Under the pieces are notes generated by a model. It had not been told where the DNA came from, did not search any database, and saw only the letters and a list, made by a program, of their open reading frames with translations. From Candidatus Limnocylindria bacterium (lineage in GTDB: Bacteria; Chloroflexota; Limnocylindria; P2-11E): a stretch of DNA of 64,000 nucleotides. Where the stretch lies: the NCBI GenBank assembly GCA_041486085.1, contig JBGPKU010000009.1, positions 375 through 64,374 on the forward strand, read 5' to 3'. Shown one piece after another: positions 34,531 through 43,409 of the stretch (position 1 is the first letter of the stretch; the number at the start of each line of letters is the position of its first letter). A program made the translations under genes and the position numbers.

Positions 34531-35942
34531 TCCAGCTCGTCCTGCACGGCGAGCTCCGTCAATGGAGTCCGGGTGGGCGTAAGGAGCTCAGCGTTCCCGC
34601 CGCCGGCCGCCGCGCGGTCGACGTCGTCCGCGAGCTCGGCATCCCGACGGCGGAGACCGCGGCTTACGTCGTGAATGGTGAGCAGCGCGACGGCGATGTC
34701 GTGCTCGCGGACGGCGACACCCTCGAGCTGCTGCCGGCGATCAGCGGCGGCGCGGCGGAGGGTGCGCTTGCGGGCGTTCGGGTGCTCGATCTCACGCGCG
34801 CACTGTCCGGTCCGTATTGCACGCTGATGCTCGCCGACCACGGTGCCGACGTGGTGAAGGTCGAGCTTCCGGGCACCGGCGACGAGACTCGCGAGTGGAT
34901 GCCCCCACAGATCGGCGGTATCTCCGCGTACTACCTCGCCATCAACCGCAACAAGCGAAGCATCACCGTCGACCTGAAGCACCGTGAAGGGAAGAAGATC
35001 GTCGAACGACTCGTCGAGCGAAGCGACGTGATCGTCGAGAATTTCAGTCCGGGCACGCTCTCGCGCCTCGGCTTCGCCGACGACCGACTGCGTGCGATCA
35101 ATCGTCGCGCGATCGTCTGTCACATCAGCGGCTTCGGTCAGGATGGGCCCGGCCGCGCCTGGCCGGCCTACGACCTCATCGTGCAGGGAATGGGCGGGAT
35201 CATGAGCCTGACGGGGGAATCTGGTCAGGACCCGGTCATGGTCGGCGTGCCGCAGGCCGACATGGTGGCCGGGATGTTCGCGGCGTTCGCGGTCGCGGCC
35301 GCGCTCTTCGCGCGGGAACGCACCGGCGTTGGCCAGGTCATCGACGCCTCCATGCTCGGCGGCCAGGTCGCGCTGCTGTCACGGCAGGCCGCGCGCTTCT
35401 TCGCCGACGGCACTGTGCCGGGGCCCGAGGGGAACGTGCACGCGTCGATCGTCCCGTACCAGACGTTCCGCGCATCGGACGGACACGTGAACATCGGCGT
35501 CGCGAACAACGCGCTCTTCGAGCGATTCTGCCGCGCGCTCGACCTCGACGAGCTACTGGGCGATCCGCGCGCCGCGGACAACCCGACCCGGGTCGCGCAT
35601 CGCAAGGAGCTCGTGCCCATCATCGAGAAGCGCATCGCCAAGCTCACACGCGCAGACATCGTCGCGCGCTTACGGAATGCGGCCGTCCCAGTTGGCCCGA
35701 TCAATCGGCTCGATGAGGTCTTCTCCGACCCGGTCGTGCGCCACCTTGGGCTGATCGCCGAGGTCGACCATCCCACTGCCGGGCGCGTCCGCGCGCCGGG
35801 CATCCCGGTGCGGATGTCGGGCACGCCGCCGTCCGTCCGCGAGCATCCGCCGCTGCTGGGCGAGCACACCGATGCCGTGCTCAAAGACCTCGGCTACAAC
35901 GACGACGAGATCCGCTCCCTCCGCCGGGATGGCGCCATCTGA
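34527..35942 (+). CDS. fusion protein: N-terminal ThiS/MoaD-like ubiquitin-fold domain (ends ...LLPAISGG, nt 34527-34751) + family III CoA-transferase (CaiB/BaiF-like)
   Basis: ATGA overlap with the previous gene. YVVNGEQRDGDVVLADGDTLELLPAISGG is a canonical sulfur-carrier C-terminus. It is followed by GVRVLDLTRALSGPYCTLMLADHGADVVKVE, ENFSPG and GEHT, typical of CoA_transf_3. Confidence 0.75.
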   Translation: MIQLVLHGELRQWSPGGRKELSVPAAGRRAVDVVRELGIPTAETAAYVVNGEQRDGDVVLADGDTLELLPAISGGAAEGALAGVRVLDLTRALSGPYCTLMLADHGADVVKVELPGTGDETREWMPPQIGGISAYYLAINRNKRSITVDLKHREGKKIVERLVERSDVIVENFSPGTLSRLGFADDRLRAINRRAIVCHISGFGQDGPGRAWPAYDLIVQGMGGIMSLTGESGQDPVMVGVPQADMVAGMFAAFAVAAALFARERTGVGQVIDASMLGGQVALLSRQAARFFADGTVPGPEGNVHASIVPYQTFRASDGHVNIGVANNALFERFCRALDLDELLGDPRAADNPTRVAHRKELVPIIEKRIAKLTRADIVARLRNAAVPVGPINRLDEVFSDPVVRHLGLIAEVDHPTAGRVRAPGIPVRMSGTPPSVREHPPLLGEHTDAVLKDLGYNDDEIRSLRRDGAI

Positions 35943-36022
35943 ACGCCGCCCGGACCGAGGTCGCGAGACGGCGTCCACTATGGCTCGTCGCGGCGCTGTC
36001 GGCCCTCACGCTGGGCGCGTAC

Positions 36023-36466
36023 GTGCCCATCTGGTTCGGTCTCACCTGGCTCGAGGTCCGCCGCGAGACCGGCGATGAGCGGATGATGCCTCTCGGTCAC
36101 GCGCTCGCGACCCTCGTTCCAGGAATGAACGCGTGGATCGCGTGGCGCCATTTCGCCGCGATCAACGCGCTCGCCGAGAAGGCCGGCGTCGCGGTGCGCG
36201 CGGACCCGCTCAGCGCCGCGATCGGGCTCGTTATCTGGTGGCTCACATTCACGCACTACTCCGCGGACCCGCTCTTCCTGCTGCTCGACGCGATCGAGCT
36301 CGTGGCCGGCACGGCCGTGGTCGTCTACGGACAGCGGGGGCTGAACGCCTTCCTCTCGACACGCGGCGTCGAGGAGCACATCGTCCAGACCGACATGATG
36401 GCTCTCGCCATCGCCGGCACGTATGCGCTGTTCACCGTCGTCGGTTTCCTGCAGGGAGGGCCCTGA
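36023..36466 (+). CDS. hypothetical integral membrane protein
   Basis: 3-4 hydrophobic helices. The first listed start (GTG 36023) falls inside an apparent TM helix (upstream in-frame WLVAALSALTLGAY), so the true start is unclear. Confidence 0.5.
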   Translation: MPIWFGLTWLEVRRETGDERMMPLGHALATLVPGMNAWIAWRHFAAINALAEKAGVAVRADPLSAAIGLVIWWLTFTHYSADPLFLLLDAIELVAGTAVVVYGQRGLNAFLSTRGVEEHIVQTDMMALAIAGTYALFTVVGFLQGGP

Positions 36467-36467
36467 T

Positions 36468-37367
36468 ATGGCGCCGGGCATCCTCGTGGTCGGCTCGCTT
36501 GCGTACGACGACGTTCGGACCCCGGACGCGTCGCGTGCGGGGCTGCTCGGCGGCGGTGCGGCGTACTTCGCGATCGCGGCGTCGCTGTATGCACCCACGC
36601 GCCTCTCGACGGTGATCGGCGACGACTTCCGCGAGCATGACCTCGAGCGGCTTGGCAAGCGCGGTGTGGATCTGACGGGCGTGGAGCGGCGTCCCGGCAG
36701 GTCGCTCCGCTGGTCCGGGGCTTACGACGTCGCTCGCGACGTCGCGGTGACCTCGAACACCGACCTCGGTGTCGTGAGCGGCTGGCGACCGGATCTGCCG
36801 GAGCATTATCGGCGCAGCGACTTCGCGTTCCTCTCGAACACCGACCCGCTCATCCAGGCCGCCGCGCTCGAGCAGCTGCGCGACACAAAGCTCGTGGCGC
36901 AGGACACGATGCACAGCTGGATCACGTCCGCTCGTGAGGACCTGCTTCGCGTCATGCGCCGCGTCAACGCGGTCTTCCTCAACCGGAGCGAGGTCGACCT
37001 GCTGTTCGGCCGTGAGGTCGACGGTCCGCACGAGATGCTCGCGCTCGGTCCGCAGATCGCGATCATCAAGAGCGGCGCGCGCGGCGCGCGGGTAGGCACG
37101 CCGACCGGTTCATGGAGCTGCCCCTCGTTCGCGGTCAACGAGGTCATCGATCCGACGGGCGCCGGCGACGCGTTCGCGGGCGGTTTCCTGGGTCGCCTCG
37201 CGGAGTCCGGGAATCAGGGCGGCGCGACCCTGCGCGAGGCGCTGCTCCATGGGACCGCCTGCGCCTCCTTCGCGGTCGAGGGCTTCGGCGTCCTGGGCAT
37301 CGAGACCGCGACGCGCCGTGCCGTCGACGAGCGCGTCCGGGCGCTCGCGCTGCGGACCGCCGGGTAG
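36468..37367 (+). CDS. PfkB-family carbohydrate/nucleoside kinase
   Basis: ATG 36468 within ORF 36423..37367. Motifs VVGSLAYDD, GGGAAYFA, DPTGAGDAFAGGF. Confidence 0.8.
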   Translation: MAPGILVVGSLAYDDVRTPDASRAGLLGGGAAYFAIAASLYAPTRLSTVIGDDFREHDLERLGKRGVDLTGVERRPGRSLRWSGAYDVARDVAVTSNTDLGVVSGWRPDLPEHYRRSDFAFLSNTDPLIQAAALEQLRDTKLVAQDTMHSWITSAREDLLRVMRRVNAVFLNRSEVDLLFGREVDGPHEMLALGPQIAIIKSGARGARVGTPTGSWSCPSFAVNEVIDPTGAGDAFAGGFLGRLAESGNQGGATLREALLHGTACASFAVEGFGVLGIETATRRAVDERVRALALRTAG

Positions 37368-37413
37368 GGAACCGGCCCGGCGTGCGGTTGTAGAAGGGGT
37401 GGAGACCGACTCC

Positions 37414-37989
37414 GTGGAGGGCCGGCCAACGGAGGACGCCCAGCTGGTGGAACGTGCACGGCATCGCGATGAGAGCGCGTACGCGGAGCTCGTCACGCGT
37501 TATCAGGCGTTGGCCGCGCGCACCGCGTACGTCATCACGGGCTCCGACGCCGACGCGGAAGAGGCCGCTCAGGAGGGATTCGTGAAGGCCTATTACGCGC
37601 TCGACCGTTTCCACGCCGGCGCGCCGTTCAGGCCCTGGCTGCTCCGGATCGTCGCGAACGAGGCCATCAACCGCCGCAAGGCGGCGGGCCGCAGACCGAC
37701 GGTCGGTCTCAGCGTGGTCGAGGACCGGCCCTCGCCCGACACGGCCCTGTCGCCCGAGGGCGCGGCCTTGGCCAGCGAGCGGCGCGAGACCGTGCTGGCC
37801 GCGCTCAGGCAGATGCGCGAGGAGGACCGGCTCGTCATCGCGTACCGCTACTTTTTCGACCTCTCCGAGGCGGAGATGTCCGAGGCGCTGGGCGTGGCGC
37901 GGGGCACCGTGAAGTCACGTCTCTCGCGCGCGCTCGTCCGCCTGCGCGGGCTCATCGGCGAGATGCCCGAGGATCAGCGAGTTGAGTAA
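37414..37989 (+). CDS. ECF-type RNA polymerase sigma-70 family factor
   Basis: Region 2 (FRPWLLRIVANEAINRRK) and region 4 HTH (SEAEMSEALGVARGTVKSRLSRAL). GTG 37414 has AGGGGTGGAG upstream. GTG 37399 is an alternative. Confidence 0.8.
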   Translation: MEGRPTEDAQLVERARHRDESAYAELVTRYQALAARTAYVITGSDADAEEAAQEGFVKAYYALDRFHAGAPFRPWLLRIVANEAINRRKAAGRRPTVGLSVVEDRPSPDTALSPEGAALASERRETVLAALRQMREEDRLVIAYRYFFDLSEAEMSEALGVARGTVKSRLSRALVRLRGLIGEMPEDQRVE

Positions 37990-37999
37990 GAGCGAGCGC

Positions 38000-38779
38000 A
38001 TGCCCGACGACGAGCTCGAGAGGACGCTGCGCGACATCGGCGAGCGGCTCGACTACCCACGGCCCGTCGCGATGGCCGCGGCAGTCCGGGCGCGCCTGCG
38101 TGAGCCGCGTCCGCGCCGCGCGGCCTGGTGGCCGCCGCGTCTCACACTCGCGCCCGCGCTCGTCACGCTGGCGATCCTTGCGGTCGTCGTCGCGCTCGCG
38201 TCGCCGGATGCGCGCGCCGCCGCAGGGCAGTTCCTCCACCTACGCGGGATCGACATCTTCCCCGTGCCGACGGTGCCTGCGTCCCTGCCACCGCTTCGCA
38301 TCACCTTCGCCGGCCAGCGCGCCACGCTCGATGAGGCCAAGCGTCAGGTGCGATTCACGGTGCGGGTGCCGTCGGCGCCCGAGCTCGGTACGCCGGACGA
38401 CGTGTTCGTGGAGAGCGTCGGCACGAGCGACCGCGTCAGCCTCGTCTACCGCGAGCGCGAGGGCATCCCCGTGTCAAAGGAAGCTGGTGTCTCGGCTCTC
38501 GTGGTCGAGGTCAGGGGCACGGTCGACGAGGTGCTCCTCGGGAAGGCGACGGGGCCGGGGACCAAGGTAGAGGCGATCACGGTCAACGGAGCGCCCGGCT
38601 ACTGGCTCGAGGGCGCGCCGCACCTGTTCTTCTACCGTGAGCCCAACGGCAACGTTCGAGACGAGACCCTGCGGCTCGCCGGGAACACGCTCGTGTGGGT
38701 TCAGGACGGCCTGACCATCAGGCTGGAGGCGCAGGTCTCGAAGAGCGACGCCCTGAGGCTTGCCGCCAGCTTCCGCTGA
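38000..38779 (+). CDS. putative anti-sigma factor / single-pass membrane protein
   Basis: Immediately downstream of the ECF sigma gene. One TM helix (LAPALVTLAILAVVVALA) with an extracytoplasmic C-domain. TTG 37982 is an alternative start. Confidence 0.55.
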   Translation: MPDDELERTLRDIGERLDYPRPVAMAAAVRARLREPRPRRAAWWPPRLTLAPALVTLAILAVVVALASPDARAAAGQFLHLRGIDIFPVPTVPASLPPLRITFAGQRATLDEAKRQVRFTVRVPSAPELGTPDDVFVESVGTSDRVSLVYREREGIPVSKEAGVSALVVEVRGTVDEVLLGKATGPGTKVEAITVNGAPGYWLEGAPHLFFYREPNGNVRDETLRLAGNTLVWVQDGLTIRLEAQVSKSDALRLAASFR

Positions 38780-38817
38780 ATCGGCCGGCCACGGATCGCG
38801 ACAGGCGAAACCCCCGC

Positions 38818-38846
38818 TTGACAGAGTGAAACACTCGGAATCGAAT
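38818..38846 (+). promoter_or_regulatory. candidate sigma-70-type promoter for the TRAP operon
   Basis: TTGACA (38818-38823), 17 nt, TCGAAT (38841-38846). GGAGGTG SD at 38869-38875 precedes GTG 38882. Confidence 0.4.
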
Positions 38847-38881
38847 GAGCGCGCCGTGCGACTTGGCTTGGAGGTGCGCTA

Positions 38882-40069
38882 GTGAGCTTTCTGTCGAACC
38901 TGTCGCGACGTGGTTTCCTGAAGTACGGCGCTCTGTCGGGTCTGGGCGCCTTCATCACCGCGTGTCTGTCTCAGAACGCGCCGGCGGCCACGGGCACGCC
39001 CGCGGGCACCGCCGCCGCCGCCCCGTCCGCCGCCCCGACGGTCGTCGCCCGCGCGGACGCGATCACGTGGAAGATCCAGTCCGGCTGGGCCGGCAACGAC
39101 CTGTTCCAGGAGATGTTCCTCGACTGGAAGAACATCGTCGAGGAGATGGCCGGCGGGCGATTGAAGATCGACGCCCTTCCGGTCAACGCGGTCACGAACA
39201 TCAACGGAGCGATCGACGCGGTGCACGCCGGAACGTTGGACGGGGCGCACCACGTGCCCGCGTACTACTACGGCAAGGACCACGCCGTGAGCCTCATGGG
39301 CACGGGCCCGATGATGGGTATGAACGGCCAGATGTGGCTCGCCTGGTACTACTACGGCGGCGGCCAGGCGCTCTACGAGAAGCTCGTTCAGCAGAAGCTG
39401 AAGCTCAACGTGTACTCGCTGTTCCACATGCCGATGCAGAACCAGCCCCTCGGGTGGTTCAAGGACGTCATCAAGTCGCCCGATGACTTCAAGGGCATGA
39501 AGTTCCGCACCGTCGGTCTCGCGACCGGCATCTACCAGGGCCTCGGCGCGAGCGTCATCTCGGTCGCCGGCGCCGAAGTGGCCTCATCACTCGACCGTGG
39601 AGTCATCGACGCGGCGGAGTTCAACAACACGACGTCGGACACCGTCTATGGCCTGCCCGACGCGCGGAAGGTCCTCATGACGCAGTCGTACCACCAGCCC
39701 AGTGAGATCCTCGAGATCTCGCTCAACAAGACGAAGTACGACGCGATGCCCGCGGACCTGCGGGCGATCATGAAGTACGGAGCCTGGGCGGAGTCGGCCA
39801 ACGGCGAGTGGAAGCAGATGTTCAGGAACAGCGACGACTACCAGAAGCTGATCGCCAAGGGCATCAACATCCAGAAGACGCCGCAGTCCGTGCTCGACGC
39901 ACAGCTGAAGGCCTGGGACGCCGTCGTCGCGTCGGAGTCGAAGGACAATCCGGACTTCGTCGCGATCCTCGACTCGCAGAAGAAGTGGGCCCAGCGCATC
40001 TACGCGTGGTCGGAGAAGATCAACATCCCGACGCCCGATCCCGTGTCGTACAAGGCGATGTTCAAGTAG
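38882..40069 (+). CDS. TRAP transporter substrate-binding protein (DctP family), Tat-type signal
   Basis: SRRGFLKYGALSGLGAFITAC signal. Followed by small and large TRAP permease genes. Confidence 0.8.
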   Translation: MSFLSNLSRRGFLKYGALSGLGAFITACLSQNAPAATGTPAGTAAAAPSAAPTVVARADAITWKIQSGWAGNDLFQEMFLDWKNIVEEMAGGRLKIDALPVNAVTNINGAIDAVHAGTLDGAHHVPAYYYGKDHAVSLMGTGPMMGMNGQMWLAWYYYGGGQALYEKLVQQKLKLNVYSLFHMPMQNQPLGWFKDVIKSPDDFKGMKFRTVGLATGIYQGLGASVISVAGAEVASSLDRGVIDAAEFNNTTSDTVYGLPDARKVLMTQSYHQPSEILEISLNKTKYDAMPADLRAIMKYGAWAESANGEWKQMFRNSDDYQKLIAKGINIQKTPQSVLDAQLKAWDAVVASESKDNPDFVAILDSQKKWAQRIYAWSEKINIPTPDPVSYKAMFK

Positions 40070-40097
40070 CCGCCAGCGCCTGACGTGCATATCCTCG

Positions 40098-40125
40098 CGG
40101 GGTCCCCGGGCGACCGGGGACCCCG
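40098..40125 (+). promoter_or_regulatory. 12-bp perfect hairpin between the binding-protein and permease genes
   Basis: CGGGGTCCCCGG-GCGA-CCGGGGACCCCG. Confidence 0.6.
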
Positions 40126-40164
40126 TGACGTACCCGGCACTGGCGACGGAGTGGGTAGGAGGCG

Positions 40165-40761
40165 GTGATGCAGCGCGTCCTGTTCGCGATCGACCGGCTC
40201 TCCGCGTGGAGCGGAAAGGTCACGTCGTGGGTCGTGCTCCTGATGACCGTTCTCATCAGCTACGACATCGTCATGCGCTACCTGAGCAAGCCGCTGGGCG
40301 ATCCGATCCGGGCGATCTGGTTCACGTACACGTTCTCCTACGACATGTCCTATTACCTGTACGCGATCCTGTTCATGATGGGCGGCGCCTACGCGCTGTC
40401 CCGCGGGCAGCACGTCCGCGGTGACATCTTCTATCGCACGTGGTCGGTGAGGACGCAGGCGAAGGTGGATCTGTTCCTTTACTTGTTCGCGTTCTTCCCG
40501 GGGATGATCGCGCTCATCTCGGTCGGAGCGCAGTGGGCGGCGGCCTCGTGGGCGATCCACGAGCGCTCCTTCACGACGGCGGCGGCGCCGCCGCTGTACC
40601 CGCTGAAGACCGTCATCCCGATCGCGGCGACGCTGATGGTGATCCAGGGGATCGCCGAGACGATCCGTTCATGGCAAGCGCTTCGGAGCGGCGTCTGGCC
40701 GCCGCGCCTCTCTGATGTCGAGGAGACGGAGACCCTCCTCGCGAAGCAGAGCGAGCTATGA
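40165..40761 (+). CDS. TRAP transporter small permease (DctQ-like)
   Basis: Four hydrophobic helices, positioned between the DctP and DctM genes. ATG 40168 is an alternative start (GGAGG upstream). Confidence 0.75.
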   Translation: MMQRVLFAIDRLSAWSGKVTSWVVLLMTVLISYDIVMRYLSKPLGDPIRAIWFTYTFSYDMSYYLYAILFMMGGAYALSRGQHVRGDIFYRTWSVRTQAKVDLFLYLFAFFPGMIALISVGAQWAAASWAIHERSFTTAAAPPLYPLKTVIPIAATLMVIQGIAETIRSWQALRSGVWPPRLSDVEETETLLAKQSEL

Positions 40762-42107
40762 GCCCCGAGGTCCTGGGCCTCGTGATGATCGCGCTCATGG
40801 TGGTCGCGATCCTCATCGGCTTCCCGACCGCGTTCACGCTCATGGCCCTCGGTGTGACGTTCGGCTTCCTGGGGATCGGGTTCGTCGTCTTCGATCTCGT
40901 CGTACAGCGGACCTTTTTCGTGATGCAGAACGACGTGCTTGTCGCCATCCCGCTCTTCCTGTTCATGGGCTACATCATCGAGCGCTCCGGGATCCTCGAC
41001 GAGCTCTTCCATGCGATCCAGGTCTTGCTCGGATGGCTTCCGGGGTCGCTCGCGGTCGCCACGCTGCTCACGGGCACGATCTTCGCGACGGCCACCGGCA
41101 TCGTTGGCGCATCCGTGACGCTCCTCGGTCTTCTCGCGTTCCCGCAGATGCTCAAGGCCGGCTACGACAAGAAGTTCGCGGCCGGCACGGTGACGGCGTC
41201 GGGAACCCTCGGGATCCTCATCCCGCCGAGCGTCCTGCTGATCCTGTACGGATTCGTCGCCGGCGTGTCGGTGCCGCGCCTGTACGCGGGCGCGTTCCTG
41301 CCGGGGTTCATGCTGGCCGGCCTGTATTTCGGCTACGTCGTCATCCGCTCCTGGGTGCAGCCGAAGGTCGCGCCGATGGTGCCGAAGGAGATGCGCGAGA
41401 AGCTCACCGGGCGCGAGACCCTGATCCTCGTCTTCCGCGGATTCGTCCCGATCGTGTCGATCATCCTGTTCGTGCTCGGCGCGATCTTCTTCGGGTTCGC
41501 GACGCCGTCCGAGGGCGCGGCCCTCGGTGCCCTTGGCGGCATCGTCCTCGCCGCATTCCACCGGCGCCTCTCACTCTCGATGCTCCGCGAGTCGGTGTTC
41601 CTGACCGTCCGCACCGCCGCGATGGTGGGTTGGCTCCTCGTCGGCTCCAGCATCTTCGCGGCGGTGTTCGCGCGCCTCGGCGGCGCGGCGATCATCAGCG
41701 ACACCGTGCTGAGGCTGCAGCTCAGCCCAGAGCAGTTCTTCTGGGTGGCGCAGATCCTCATCTTCGTTCTGGGATGGCCGCTCGAGTGGACCGAGATCAC
41801 GATCATCTTCATGCCGCTCTTCCTGCCACTGCTCGCGACGTATCACCAGAATTACCCCGACAACATCACGACCGATGCCTTCTACTTCGGGATCATGGCG
41901 GCGCTCAATCAGCAGACCTCGTTCCTCTCGCCGCCGGTGGCGATGTCGGCGTACTACCTGCGCGGCGTCGCGTCGAAGTCGATCACGCTCAACGAGATCT
42001 TCACGGGGATGTATCCGTTCCTCGCGATCCAGATCGTGGCGATGGGCGTGCTGTGGCTCGTGCCCTGGCTTGCGTTCGGACCCGCGCAGCTGGTCTACGG
42101 AAGGTGA
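40758..42107 (+). CDS. TRAP transporter large permease (DctM-like)
   Basis: ATGA overlap with the previous gene. 449-aa polytopic protein with DctM-like GTLGILIPPS. Confidence 0.8.
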   Translation: MSPEVLGLVMIALMVVAILIGFPTAFTLMALGVTFGFLGIGFVVFDLVVQRTFFVMQNDVLVAIPLFLFMGYIIERSGILDELFHAIQVLLGWLPGSLAVATLLTGTIFATATGIVGASVTLLGLLAFPQMLKAGYDKKFAAGTVTASGTLGILIPPSVLLILYGFVAGVSVPRLYAGAFLPGFMLAGLYFGYVVIRSWVQPKVAPMVPKEMREKLTGRETLILVFRGFVPIVSIILFVLGAIFFGFATPSEGAALGALGGIVLAAFHRRLSLSMLRESVFLTVRTAAMVGWLLVGSSIFAAVFARLGGAAIISDTVLRLQLSPEQFFWVAQILIFVLGWPLEWTEITIIFMPLFLPLLATYHQNYPDNITTDAFYFGIMAALNQQTSFLSPPVAMSAYYLRGVASKSITLNEIFTGMYPFLAIQIVAMGVLWLVPWLAFGPAQLVYGR

Positions 42108-42114
42108 GCGCGGT

Positions 42115-42579
42115 CTAGAGTCTCGAGTCCTCCGCGAAAAGCCGTTCGACGAACCCACGGAGCTCGGACCGCTGATGTCTCGCCGAGACGGCGAACAGGC
42201 CTCCGAGCAGCAGCGCCGCGAGAGCGACGAGCACCACGTCGCCGCCCGAGAGCCCCTCCGCGCGACGCGACGCGATGCCGAGCCCGGCGGCGAGATAGAG
42301 CGCGAAGAACAGCGCCAGCAGGAAGCGCGTGCGAGGGGGAAGGAAGAAGCGGAGCTCGATCCGGCCTCCTCCGCGGATCCCGCGCACCTGTCCGAACGCG
42401 TGGACCGCGCGTTGCTGCCGCTCCCAGATCTCGAAGTCCGTACCGCGCACGACGCCGACATATTCGGACCGCGTCTTGAGCACGCCCAAGGTGCGCTTCT
42501 TCGGGAGATTGATCGCCGACGAGACGCGCGCGGCGGCGGCTTCCGGAGCGATCGCGACCTCAAGCGTCCAATCGGCCAC
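42115..42579 (-). CDS. hypothetical membrane protein (two C-terminal TM helices)
   Basis: Minus ORF 42115..42639 trimmed so that it does not overlap the tRNA. Candidate starts are GTG 42579, TTG 42489 and GTG 42483. No motif recognised. Confidence 0.4.
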   Translation of the reverse strand: MADWTLEVAIAPEAAAARVSSAINLPKKRTLGVLKTRSEYVGVVRGTDFEIWERQQRAVHAFGQVRGIRGGGRIELRFFLPPRTRFLLALFFALYLAAGLGIASRRAEGLSGGDVVLVALAALLLGGLFAVSARHQRSELRGFVERLFAEDSRL

Positions 42580-42581
42580 GG

Positions 42582-42658
<77 letters not shown>

Positions 42659-42734
42659 GGAACCCGCGTCGCGATGGACGCCGGCGACGCGCTCGATTGT
42701 ACGGTGCGCGCGCCGGGCTAGGCTGCGCATCGCC

Positions 42735-43409
42735 ATGACCTCGGACATCGTCGCATTTGCTGTCGCGGCGACGCTCGTCGTGGTCGCCTCCTTGACCGCG
42801 ATCACGAGGCGCGGCGCCGGCGGTGCCGCGGTCGCCGCCGCGCTGACGAACGCGGGCCTGGCCGCCCTGACCGCCATCCTCGGCGCGCCGCCACTCCTCG
42901 TGATCCTGTTCGTCGCGTTCGCCGCGGCGGTCGCGCTGTTCTCGGTCGCGCTCGGATCATCGACCGCGCCGTCGGTGGGCCCGGTCGCGCGGCCACGGCG
43001 TCCGCAGCCCGAGCTCGCGAGTGCGCTGGTGGCGTTCGGGTTCGTCGGCCTCGTCGGCTGGGCGCTCACTCGCGCTGGGCTCCCGCCCGGCTGGCCGACC
43101 GCCGGCGCGGTCCCCACCGAGCTTCATCTGGCGCTGGGCGGGTCCGTGTTCGCCGTGGGCATCGCGGGTCTCACACACCGTCCGAACGCCAAAGACGCGG
43201 TCGCGTCGCTAGGGCTGATGCTCGGCGCCGTCGCGTTCACACTCGTCGCGGGTGATCGCCGCTACGACCAGCCCGTGGGAGCGCTGGCCGCGCTCGTGGT
43301 CATCGCGGTCGGGAGCGCGCAGCTCGCGATCGCGGTCGGTCTGCTCGGACCGCTGCTGCGCCGCCGCGGCACGGCCGATCTCGACGACATCAGGGAGCCA
43401 CGAGGGTGA
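42735..43409 (+). CDS. NuoJ-like / NuoK-like fusion (complex I membrane subunits 6 + 4L)
   Basis: The C-terminal ~100 aa align end to end with NuoK (GLTHRPNAKDAV.SLGLMLGA...GSAQLAIAVGLLGPLLRRRG...REPRG). The N-half has NuoJ-like helices. Confidence 0.65.
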   Translation: MTSDIVAFAVAATLVVVASLTAITRRGAGGAAVAAALTNAGLAALTAILGAPPLLVILFVAFAAAVALFSVALGSSTAPSVGPVARPRRPQPELASALVAFGFVGLVGWALTRAGLPPGWPTAGAVPTELHLALGGSVFAVGIAGLTHRPNAKDAVASLGLMLGAVAFTLVAGDRRYDQPVGALAALVVIAVGSAQLAIAVGLLGPLLRRRGTADLDDIREPRG

